In this document: positions 1 through 7,558 of the stretch, piece by piece
Layout: each line of letters starts with the position of its first letter
How positions within the stretch are numbered: position 1 is the stretch's first letter
NCBI GenBank assembly: GCA_040755575.1
Contig: JBFMAS010000612.1
Location: 1 to 39,701, forward strand
Source of the DNA: Thermodesulfobacteriota bacterium
GTDB taxonomy: Bacteria > Desulfobacterota > Binatia > UBA12015
Length of the DNA stretch: 39,701 bases
Reading direction: 5' to 3'
Notes under the pieces: model-generated
The model's database searches: none
What the model was told of the DNA's origin: nothing
What the model saw: the letters and a program-made list of their open reading frames with translations, nothing else
Position numbers and translations under genes: made by a program

Positions 1-144
1 GCCGCCTGTGGCGGCGCCGGCAAGGTCGTCGAGCCAGTCCTGCGAGGTGAAGGTCGAGCATGATCCCGCTCGCCGGCGATCGCGCGCGGCCGCGCATCCA
101 TGCGGCCGGTGCTTGACGATGCGCTGCGGCGAGTCGCACGTCAC
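1..144 (-). CDS. partial CDS of unknown function (N-terminal 48 codons; continues beyond window start)
   Basis: The minus-strand frame from GTG at 144-142 (directly after an in-frame TAA) to base 1 is stop-free. Its third positions are G/C-rich like the validated genes. No motif is recognisable in the visible 48 aa (MTCDSPQRIVKH...SQDWLDDLAGAATGG). Confidence 0.3.
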   Translation of the reverse strand, partial: MTCDSPQRIVKHRPHGCAAARDRRRAGSCSTFTSQDWLDDLAGAATGG

Positions 145-179
145 TTAAGCGAATCGCGACCCTCCTGTACAACCGGGCC

Positions 180-1118
180 ATGAGCGAGCCGGTGGAGGTC
201 TCGCGGATGGAGGCATTCCACCTCGTCGCGGGACAGCGGGATGCCGGCCGGCGCCTCGACGACGTCTTGGCCGAGAGCCTCGCGATCGGACGGCGCGCCG
301 CGTCGCGCCTCGTCGCACGCACGCGCGTCAACGGCCGGCGCGCCGCGAAGGGCCAGCGCCTGCGCCCGGGCGACGCGGTGGTGGTGCACGCGGCGCCGTC
401 CCTCACTCCGGAAGCCGAGCTCGAGGTGGTGCTCGAGACGGCCGATCTGCTCGCGGTCGCGAAGCCGGCGGGCCTGCCGACCGTGGCCCTTCGTGGGGCC
501 GCCGGTGACAGCCTCGCCGCGCGGATCGCGGCGCGCTTTCCGGAGTGCGCCACCGTCGGCCAGCCCGGCGAGTCCGGGCTCGTCCACAGGCTCGACACCG
601 GCACGTCGGGCCTCCTCCTGGTGGCGCGCCATGCAGGCGCGTACGCGGCGCTGCGTGCACAGTTCCGTGCCCACCGCGTCGAGAAGGGCTACCTCGCGCT
701 CGTCGCCGGCCGCCTCGCGCGCTCCGTCCACGTCGCGACGCCCATCGGGCAGCACCGCAGCAGCCGGACGCGAATGCGCGCCGTCGCGGCGGGCATGCGC
801 TCCGGGCGCTACGCGCCGCGCCCGGCGGAGACAGACGTCGCGCCGGTACGCGCGTTCCACCACGCGACGCTGGTACAAGCCACCACGCGCAGCGGGGTGC
901 GCCACCAGATCCGGGTGCACCTCGCGAGCATCGGCCACCCGCTGGTCAACGACGCGACGTACGGCGCCGTGACGATGCCGGGCCTACCCGGCTTCGTGCT
1001 GCACGCGGCGTCGCTACGCTGGCGCGACCTGGAGAGCGATCGCGACCGCTCGCTCGAGATGCCGCTGCCGGAGCGCGTGCGGTCGATCCTCGACGGCCTC
1101 GACCCGGAACCCCGCTAG
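180..1118 (+). CDS. RluA-family 23S rRNA/tRNA pseudouridine synthase (RluD/RluC-like, with S4 domain)
   Basis: 312-aa ORF starting at ATG 180. It has an N-terminal S4-like segment (RLDDVLAESL...SRLVARTRVNGRRA) and the catalytic motif HRLDTGTSGLLLVAR. Confidence 0.9.
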   Translation: MSEPVEVSRMEAFHLVAGQRDAGRRLDDVLAESLAIGRRAASRLVARTRVNGRRAAKGQRLRPGDAVVVHAAPSLTPEAELEVVLETADLLAVAKPAGLPTVALRGAAGDSLAARIAARFPECATVGQPGESGLVHRLDTGTSGLLLVARHAGAYAALRAQFRAHRVEKGYLALVAGRLARSVHVATPIGQHRSSRTRMRAVAAGMRSGRYAPRPAETDVAPVRAFHHATLVQATTRSGVRHQIRVHLASIGHPLVNDATYGAVTMPGLPGFVLHAASLRWRDLESDRDRSLEMPLPERVRSILDGLDPEPR

Positions 1119-1498
1119 GCCGCGCGACCGCCCTTCGACTCCTTGCCGTTGTCGCCCTTCTTGTTCGAGCAGCCGCCGCAGACGTTCTTGACGTTCTCCG
1201 GGTCCTCGACCAGCCCCTCGTCGAGGTTGTGGCACACCTTCTTGCAGACTGCGCACACGAAGTAGATGCCCTCGACCGTCTTGTCGATGCGCTCGCGGTT
1301 GAGGATCCGGCCGCGCAGCTTGTCGATCCGGATCCCGAGCAGCTCCTCGTACTGCCGCTTGATCTTGCGCCGCCCGACCTCGTCCTTGGGAAGATCCTCC
1401 TCGTCTCCCCGTGGCCGCTCCTCCTCGTCGAAGATGCTGAAGCCCTTCTTCGGCGCCTTGGCCTTCGCCGTCGACTTTTTCTTGCTGGTCCGAGGCAT
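1115..1498 (-). CDS. small Lys-rich zinc-ribbon protein, function unknown
   Basis: 127 aa with G/C-rich third positions and GAGGA 6 nt upstream of ATG 1498. The N-terminus is basic (KKKSTAKAKAPKK) and the middle is charged and helical-looking. The C-terminal Cys cluster is CAVCKKVC-x17-CGGC. Confidence 0.7.
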   Translation of the reverse strand: MPRTSKKKSTAKAKAPKKGFSIFDEEERPRGDEEDLPKDEVGRRKIKRQYEELLGIRIDKLRGRILNRERIDKTVEGIYFVCAVCKKVCHNLDEGLVEDPENVKNVCGGCSNKKGDNGKESKGGRAA

Positions 1499-1748
1499 CG
1501 CCCGTCCTCTATTCCAACGAGGGGACCGGTCCCCCTCGGCCCCTGGGCAGAGCCCGCCGGGCCCCCCACGTGATCGCCGTGCGGTGCCGCCCGGCGCGCT
1601 TGTCGACTCGTCGCATCTCGCGCAGTTCCACGCCGGCTGCGAGCTCGCGTGCTCGGCATGCGAGCACGGTGGAACGCTCGGATCTTCGGGATTCGTCCAC
1701 GGGAAATCAAGGTGGCGTCACGTAGGCTGCTCTGGTACCCGCGGAGCA

Positions 1749-1943
1749 GTGCGAGTCTGCCTCAACCCACAGGGTCGCGAGCTTCGGATCGACGGCATCG
1801 CGCGGGTGGGCGACCTGCTGCGCCGCCTGGAGATCCTGCCCGGAACGGTGCTCGTCATCCGTGGCGATCGCCTGCTGACCGAAGACGCGCCGCTGGCGCC
1901 GGACGACGACATCGAGCTGCGCTCGGTCGTCAGCGGCGGCTGA
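1749..1943 (+). CDS. ThiS/MoaD/TtuB-like beta-grasp sulfur-carrier protein (C-terminal Gly-Gly)
   Basis: 64 codons from GTG 1749, hidden inside track ORF 1266..1943. The protein ends ...PDDDIELRSVVSGG-stop, which mirrors the ThiS pattern (..DGDxI.....GG). The gene lies 18 nt upstream of the TtuA-type gene. GGAG sits only 2 nt before the GTG, so the exact start is uncertain. Confidence 0.65.
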   Translation: MRVCLNPQGRELRIDGIARVGDLLRRLEILPGTVLVIRGDRLLTEDAPLAPDDDIELRSVVSGG

Positions 1944-1960
1944 TCGCCGAGGGTACGCTC

Positions 1961-2902
1961 GTGAAGTGCACGCGTTGCCGCCAGCCCGCGGAAGTGAAGC
2001 TGCGCGCACACAACTCGGCCTTCTGCCGGCCGTGCTTCGTGTTCTTCTTTCAGCGACGCGTCGCACGCGCCGTCGAGCACGACGAGATGTTCGACCGCTC
2101 GTCGCGCATCCTCGTTGCGGTGTCCGGCGGCAAGGACAGCCTCGCGCTGTGGGACGTGCTCGCGAGCGAGGGCTACCAGACCGTCGGCTTCCATCTCGCG
2201 CTCGGCATCGGCGGCTACTCGTCGCGCTCGCGCGAGCGCACCGAGCGGTTCGCGACCGCGCGCGGGCTCGAGCTGCGCGTGCACGCGCTCGCCGACGAGG
2301 GCCTCGCCATCCCGGACATCGTGTCGGCGACGCGCCGTCCCGCGTGCTCGGCGTGCGGAACGTTCAAGCGTCACTACTTCGACGCGGCCGCCCTCGAGCA
2401 CGGCTGCGACGTGATCGCCACCGGACACAACCTCGACGACGAGGCGGCGCGGCTCCTGGGCAACGTCCTCCACTGGCAGACCGACCACCTCGCGCGGCAG
2501 CGCCCGGTCATGCAGCCACGGCACGAGAAGTTCGTCCGCAAGGTGAAGCCTTTGTACTTGACGAGCGAGCTCGAGACCGCGACCTACGCGTTCATGCGCG
2601 GCATCGACTACGTCGTCGAGGAATGCCCGAATGCCGCCGGCGCGACGCAGCTGACCTACAAGGCCGTGCTCGATCGGCTCGAGGACGTCTCGCCCGGAAC
2701 CAAGGTCGGCTTCGTGCGCGACTTCGTCGCGCGCGCGAGCGGCGTGTTCGCGCGTGACGAGCAGGGTCGCGAGGCGCGGTCCTGTGAGGGGTGCGGCATG
2801 CCCTCGTTCGGCGCACTGTGCTCGTTCTGCTCGTTGCGGGCGGAGGTCGATCGCAAGCTCGCCGCTCGTGCGAAGCCGGTCCCGGCGGCGACCGACGGAT
2901 GA
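1961..2902 (+). CDS. ttuA: TtuA/Ncs6-type PP-loop tRNA 2-thiolation protein
   Basis: Starts at GTG 1961 with GAGGG 7 nt upstream. It has the PP-loop SGGKDS, an N-terminal zinc finger CTRC..CRPC, a C-terminal zinc finger CEGC..CSFC, and CSAC plus a later Cys as probable Fe-S ligands. This is the group-II (TtuA-like) architecture. The portion of the track ORF upstream of 1961 is not coding-like. Confidence 0.85.
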   Translation: MKCTRCRQPAEVKLRAHNSAFCRPCFVFFFQRRVARAVEHDEMFDRSSRILVAVSGGKDSLALWDVLASEGYQTVGFHLALGIGGYSSRSRERTERFATARGLELRVHALADEGLAIPDIVSATRRPACSACGTFKRHYFDAAALEHGCDVIATGHNLDDEAARLLGNVLHWQTDHLARQRPVMQPRHEKFVRKVKPLYLTSELETATYAFMRGIDYVVEECPNAAGATQLTYKAVLDRLEDVSPGTKVGFVRDFVARASGVFARDEQGREARSCEGCGMPSFGALCSFCSLRAEVDRKLAARAKPVPAATDG

Positions 2903-3732
2903 GCGAGGAGACGGCGCCGAGCGCAGGGACGCTCGCCGACGAGAGCTCGACGGTCGAGACGACGCTCGCGGCCGGCGAGTCGGTGCTCCTGATCGACCCG
3001 AAGGGACGCGAGTACCTGCGCGAGCTGCGCCCGGGGCGGCGCTTCTCGCTGCACGCCGGCGTCGTCGACGCCGACGACCTGATCGGGCGTCCGGACGGGC
3101 TGCGCGTCCGCTCGTCGCTCGGGCAGCCCTTTCTCGTCCTGCGGCCGACCTACGCGCGTCTGATCCCCAACCTGCCCCGCCAGGCGCAGGTGATCTACCC
3201 GAAGGACGCGGCGTCGATCCTGGTGTTCGGCGACGTCTACCCCGGTGCGCGTGTGGTGGAGAGCGGCGTCGGGCCCGGCGCGCTGACGCTCGCCCTGCTG
3301 CGCGCGATCGGGCCGGACGGCCACCTGACCTCGGTCGAGCGCCGCGACGACCACGTCCGGATGGCGCGCGACAACGTGCAGCGCTTCCACGGCGAGGCGC
3401 CGAACTGGACCACCATCCTCGCGGACGCGGCCGACGCGCTGCCGGGGCTCCGGGCCGACCGGGTGATCCTCGACCTTCCGGAGCCCGGGCCGCTGCTGGG
3501 CGCCGCGGCGCAAGCGCTGCGCCCGGGCGGGATCCTCGTCGTCTACGTCCCCACCACGGTACAGGTCGATCAGGTCGGCGAGGCCCTGCGAGGGGAGCCG
3601 CGCTTCGCGCTCGTCGAGACCTTCGAGACCCTGCAGCGCTACTGGCACGTCGCGCCGAACTCGGTTCGCCCCGAGCACCGCATGGTGGCCCATACCGGGT
3701 TCATCATGACCGCCTGCCGGGTCGCGGACTGA
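2899..3732 (+). CDS. trmI: tRNA (adenine58-N1)-methyltransferase TrmI (GCD14 family)
   Basis: ATG 2899 overlaps the ttuA stop (ATGA). It has a GCD14-type N-domain (LLIDPKGREYLRELRPG..F.LH.G) and a SAM-binding motif (VVESGVGPGALTLALLRAIGPDGHLTSVERR). Confidence 0.88.
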   Translation: MSEETAPSAGTLADESSTVETTLAAGESVLLIDPKGREYLRELRPGRRFSLHAGVVDADDLIGRPDGLRVRSSLGQPFLVLRPTYARLIPNLPRQAQVIYPKDAASILVFGDVYPGARVVESGVGPGALTLALLRAIGPDGHLTSVERRDDHVRMARDNVQRFHGEAPNWTTILADAADALPGLRADRVILDLPEPGPLLGAAAQALRPGGILVVYVPTTVQVDQVGEALRGEPRFALVETFETLQRYWHVAPNSVRPEHRMVAHTGFIMTACRVAD

Positions 3733-3905
3733 AACTCCGTCCCTGCTTCCGGGGATTTTATCCCCCGGCGGGATCCGACCGATGAGACCTGCTGACGGGC
3801 GGGCCTGCGTATCGGGGCTCGGGCGCGACGGCACGCGGTTGGCATGTCCCTTGAGCGAGTTCCGGGCATGTACTAGCGCGGAAGGCAGGAGATCGGGTCT
3901 GCGGC

Positions 3906-6329
3906 ATGGCTGACGAAGAATCCGGCGAAGCGGAAACGGGCCAGAAGTTCTACGGCTTCGAGGAGGACACCGGCAGCATCGAGATCCCCGAGCGGCTGCC
4001 GATCCTGCCGCTGCGCGGGGTGGTGATCTTCCCCTCGGCGATCGTCCCGCTGCCGATCTCCCGCAAGCCGTCGCTGCAGCTCGTCGAGCAGTGCCTCGCA
4101 CGCGACGACAAGATCCTCGGCCTGGTCGCGCAGAAGACGGCGGACGAGGAGCGACCCTCCACCGAGGATCTCTTCACGCGCGGCACCGCGGGACGCCTGC
4201 TCAAGATGCTGCGCTATCCCGACCAGAGCGTCCGCATCCTGGTGCAGGGTCTCCGTCGGATCGAGATCAACAGCTACGAGCAGACGGAGCCGTTCTACGT
4301 CGGCCGCGTCCGCACGTTGATGGACGAGTACGAGGAGTCGAAGGACCTCGACGCGATCCAGGCGCACCTCGTCAACCAGTTCGCGAAGTTCGTCTCGATG
4401 ATCCCCTACCTGCCCGACGAGCTGCAGCTCGTCGTCATGAACATCAAGGACCCCGGCAAGGTCACGGACCTGATCGCCTCGAACCTGAACATCTCGCTCG
4501 AGGAGAAGCAGGACCTGCTCAACACGCTCAGCGTGCGCAGCCGCCTGCAGCGCCTGTCGGTGATCCTGAACCGCGAGATCGAGCTCCTCGAGCTCGGATC
4601 GAAGATCCAGAGCCAGGTGCAGACCGAGCTGTCGAAGAACCAGCGCGAGTTCTACCTGCGTCAGCAGATGCGCGCGATCCAGCGCGAGCTCGGCGAAGGG
4701 GACAACCGCTCCGCCGAGGTCGAGGAGCTGCGCAAGCGGCTCGACGACGCGCAGCTCCCCGAGGCGCCGCGCAAGGCCGCCGACACCGAGCTCGACCGCC
4801 TGCGAATCATCCCGCCCGAATCGGCGGAGCATTCGGTGGTGCGCACCTACCTCGAGTGGCTCGCCAACCTGCCGTGGGCGGTGTCGACGCAGGACAACCT
4901 CGACCTGCACCACGCGCGTGCCATCCTCGACGAGGACCACTTCGATCTCGAGAAGATCAAGGATCGCATCCTCGAGTACCTGGCGGTGCGCAAGCTGCGG
5001 CAGGACCCGCGCAGCCCGATCCTCTGCTTCGTCGGCCCGCCGGGCGTCGGCAAGACGTCTCTCGGGCGCTCGATCGCGCGCGCCATGGGACGGAAGTTCG
5101 TCCGCCTGTCGCTCGGCGGCGTGCGGGACGAGGCCGAGATCCGCGGCCACCGCCGGACCTACGTCGGCTCGCTGCCGGGCCGCATCGTGCAGAGCCTGAA
5201 GGCGGCAGGCTCGAACAACCCGCTGTTCGTGCTCGACGAGGTGGACAAGCTCGGGGCCGACTTCCGCGGCGATCCATCGTCCGCGCTGCTCGAGGTCCTC
5301 GACCCGGAGCAGAACTCGACGTTCGTCGACCACTACCTCGACGTGCCGTTCGACCTGTCGCGGGTGATGTTCATCACCACTGCGAACTACCTCGATCCGA
5401 TCCCGCACGCGCTGCGCGACCGCATGGAGGTGATCGAGCTCAGCGGCTACACGGAGGAGCAGAAGCTCGAGATCTCGCGCCGCCACCTGATCCCCAAGCA
5501 GGTGGTCGAGAACGGGCTCGACGACCAGCGCATCCGCTTCGAGGACGCCGCGGTGACTAAGATCGTGCGCGACTACACGCGCGAGGCCGGCCTGCGAAAC
5601 CTGGAGCGCGAGATCGGGCGGGTGTGCCGCAAGGTCGCGCGCGCGGTCACCGAGGGCCAGACCGAGCCGGCCATCATCACGCCGGAGAAGGTCCGCGAGT
5701 TCCTCGGCCCGGAGAAGTTCTTCAACGAGGTGGCCGAGCGCGTCGGGGAGCCGGGCGTCGTGACGGGTCTCGCCTACACGCCGAACGGCGGCGACATCCT
5801 GTTCATCGAGTCGACCCGGATGAAGGGCAAGAAAGGCCTCACGCTTACCGGCTCGCTCGGCGACGTGATGAAGGAGTCCGCGCAGACGGCGCTGTCGCTC
5901 GTTCGCTCGCGCGCCGAAAGGCTCGGCATCGAGCCCGACTTCTTCGAGAACGCCGACATCCACATCCACGTGCCGGCCGGCGCGATCCCCAAGGACGGCC
6001 CCTCCGCGGGCGTCACCATGGCGACCTCGCTCGCATCGCTGCTGACCAACCGGCCCGTGCGTCCGGACGTCGCCATGACGGGCGAGATCACGCTGCGCGG
6101 GACGGTGCTGCCGATCGGGGGCGTGAAGGAGAAGGTGCTCGCCGCGCGACGAGCGGGCATCCGCACCGTCGTCCTGCCGCAGCGCAACGAGAAGGACCTC
6201 GAGGACGTGCCGGACAACGTGCGCCGTGAGATGCGCTTCGCGTTCGTCGAGACCATCGACCAGGTGCTCGCGGTGGCACTCGAGCCGCCCGGCGAGAAGC
6301 GGACGCCGGCTGCGGCGTCGCGCGCCTGA
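3906..6329 (+). CDS. lon: ATP-dependent protease Lon (LonA)
   Basis: 807 aa with a LON N-domain, Walker [10 protein letters not shown], catalytic Ser in PKDGPSAGVTM and catalytic Lys in GGVKEKVLAARRAG. Confidence 0.97.
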   Translation: MADEESGEAETGQKFYGFEEDTGSIEIPERLPILPLRGVVIFPSAIVPLPISRKPSLQLVEQCLARDDKILGLVAQKTADEERPSTEDLFTRGTAGRLLKMLRYPDQSVRILVQGLRRIEINSYEQTEPFYVGRVRTLMDEYEESKDLDAIQAHLVNQFAKFVSMIPYLPDELQLVVMNIKDPGKVTDLIASNLNISLEEKQDLLNTLSVRSRLQRLSVILNREIELLELGSKIQSQVQTELSKNQREFYLRQQMRAIQRELGEGDNRSAEVEELRKRLDDAQLPEAPRKAADTELDRLRIIPPESAEHSVVRTYLEWLANLPWAVSTQDNLDLHHARAILDEDHFDLEKIKDRILEYLAVRKLRQDPRSPILCFVGPPGVGKTSLGRSIARAMGRKFVRLSLGGVRDEAEIRGHRRTYVGSLPGRIVQSLKAAGSNNPLFVLDEVDKLGADFRGDPSSALLEVLDPEQNSTFVDHYLDVPFDLSRVMFITTANYLDPIPHALRDRMEVIELSGYTEEQKLEISRRHLIPKQVVENGLDDQRIRFEDAAVTKIVRDYTREAGLRNLEREIGRVCRKVARAVTEGQTEPAIITPEKVREFLGPEKFFNEVAERVGEPGVVTGLAYTPNGGDILFIESTRMKGKKGLTLTGSLGDVMKESAQTALSLVRSRAERLGIEPDFFENADIHIHVPAGAIPKDGPSAGVTMATSLASLLTNRPVRPDVAMTGEITLRGTVLPIGGVKEKVLAARRAGIRTVVLPQRNEKDLEDVPDNVRREMRFAFVETIDQVLAVALEPPGEKRTPAAASRA

Positions 6330-6335
6330 CCGGCG

Positions 6336-7007
6336 TCACGCTCGGCCGCCCACGGCCAGGGCCACGATCTCGTCGGGCCGTTCCACGAGGTAGTCCGGCC
6401 CCGCCGCTTCCAGCGTCGCGCGCGCCGTCACCCCCCACGCGACGGCGCACACCGGCACCGATGCGGCGCGCGCGGTCGCGACGTCGATCAGCGAGTCGCC
6501 GACCAGCAGGGTCTCCTCGAGCGGAACCTTGGCGCGCTCGACGAGCAAGCGGACACAGGCCGGATCCGGCTTGCGTCGCGGCAGCGAGTCACCGCCGATC
6601 ACCGCCGCGAAGTGCTCCGCCAGGCCGAGGTCGGCGAGGATCTGCATCGACAGCGCCTGCGGCTTGTTGGTCGACACCGAGAGCAGCACGCCGGCGGCGT
6701 GCAGCCGCTCGAGCAGCGCCGGGATGCCGGGATACGGCACGGTCGTGTCGAGCATGTGCTCGGCGTAGCGCGCGAGGAAGATGGCGAGCGCGGCGTCGAT
6801 GCTTGCCTGGTCGGCCGGGCCGCCGGCTGCGAGCAGCGAGCGCTCGACGAGGCGTCGCGCGCCTTCGCCGATGAAGCCCGTGATCTGCCGCGCGTCCTGG
6901 CGTGGTAGACCGATCTCCTCGAGCGTCGCGTTCGCGGCGGCGGCGAGATCGGCCGCCGAGTCGATCAGCGTGCCGTCGAGATCGAAGATGAGGTGGCGAA
7001 AGCTCAG
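6336..7007 (-). CDS. HAD-IA hydrolase, phosphoglycolate phosphatase-like
   Basis: HAD motif I is FDLDGTLIDS and motif IV is LLVGDSLIDVATARAA. The track ORF extends far upstream over the erpA-like gene in another frame. The only start-like codon just before motif I is CTG 7007-7005, which overlaps the erpA-like TGA. The start is therefore uncertain. Confidence 0.8.
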   Translation of the reverse strand: MSFRHLIFDLDGTLIDSAADLAAAANATLEEIGLPRQDARQITGFIGEGARRLVERSLLAAGGPADQASIDAALAIFLARYAEHMLDTTVPYPGIPALLERLHAAGVLLSVSTNKPQALSMQILADLGLAEHFAAVIGGDSLPRRKPDPACVRLLVERAKVPLEETLLVGDSLIDVATARAASVPVCAVAWGVTARATLEAAGPDYLVERPDEIVALAVGGRA

Positions 7008-7399
7008 ACCGAGAACGAGGAGCCGCAGCCGCAGGTCCGGTCCGCGTTCGGATTCACGAACTTGAAACCGGCGCCGTGCAGGCCGTCCACGTAGTCGACC
7101 TTGGTCCCCTGCAGGTAGGGGGCGCTGGTCGGGTCGACGAACACCCGCACGCCGTCGTACTCGTACAGCGCGTCGTCGGCGTTCGGGCCGTCCTCGAGAC
7201 CGAGCGAATACTGCAGCCCCGAGCAGCCGCCACCCACCACCGAGACGCGCAGACCCGCCTCGGCCGGGCGCCGCTCGCGCTGCAGCAGAACCTTCACCCG
7301 CGCGACCGCCGTCTGGGACAGCGCCACCGGCTGGGCCGCAACCCCGGGGGCCGCCGCTTGTTCCTCGTGCAGATCCGCTCGTGCACCTTCGTTCATCAC
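7004..7399 (-). CDS. HesB/IscA/ErpA-family iron-sulfur cluster insertion protein
   Basis: The C-terminal signature CGCGSSF plus the upstream GGGCSG Cys are typical of A-type carriers. The start is GTG 7399 or ATG 7396, with AAGGG just upstream. Confidence 0.9.
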   Translation of the reverse strand: MMNEGARADLHEEQAAAPGVAAQPVALSQTAVARVKVLLQRERRPAEAGLRVSVVGGGCSGLQYSLGLEDGPNADDALYEYDGVRVFVDPTSAPYLQGTKVDYVDGLHGAGFKFVNPNADRTCGCGSSFSV

Positions 7400-7558
7400 C
7401 CTTTTCGGTAGCCACCCCGCGCAGGGCAGTCAAGGAAGGGGTTGGGTCCCGTCGCGCCAGCCGCTGCTCCGTCCGCCGAAGTTTTATCGGGCTGCGCCGT
7501 CTAAGGGGCGTTCGGGCGGACGGCCGGCCCGGATGCCCGATCACGAGGAGACAGTAGA

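Noticed and set aside
3848-3876. Heat-shock (sigma-32-like) promoter upstream of lon: CCCTTGAG ... GGGCATGTA.
   Set aside because: The spacing between the CTTGA box and the CAT-n-T box is about 7 nt instead of 13-15. The sigma-70 reading (TTGAGC-14 nt-TACTAG) also has wrong spacing.
3873-5969. 698-aa ORF antisense to lon. Similar long antisense or out-of-frame ORFs include 2656..4101, 10746..12587, 15229..16446, 15987..17312, 17574..19409, 23478..25199, 30390..33188, 36272..37747, and the upstream parts of 6336..7583, 15849..17924, 18959..21358, 20239..22458 and 32846..35197.
   Set aside because: They lie opposite or out of frame to motif-validated genes. Their composition is Arg/Ala/Leu/Glu/Pro-rich low complexity, and they lack any motif. 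This is the expected artefact of stop-codon depletion in a roughly 70 % GC genome.
1749-6329. The idea that the TtuB-like ubiquitin-fold protein and the adjacent Lon protease form a tagging-degradation system.
   Set aside because: Lon is separated by a 173-nt spacer with its own hairpin. It is a canonical housekeeping LonA, and nothing in the sequence links it to the carrier. This is pure adjacency speculation.
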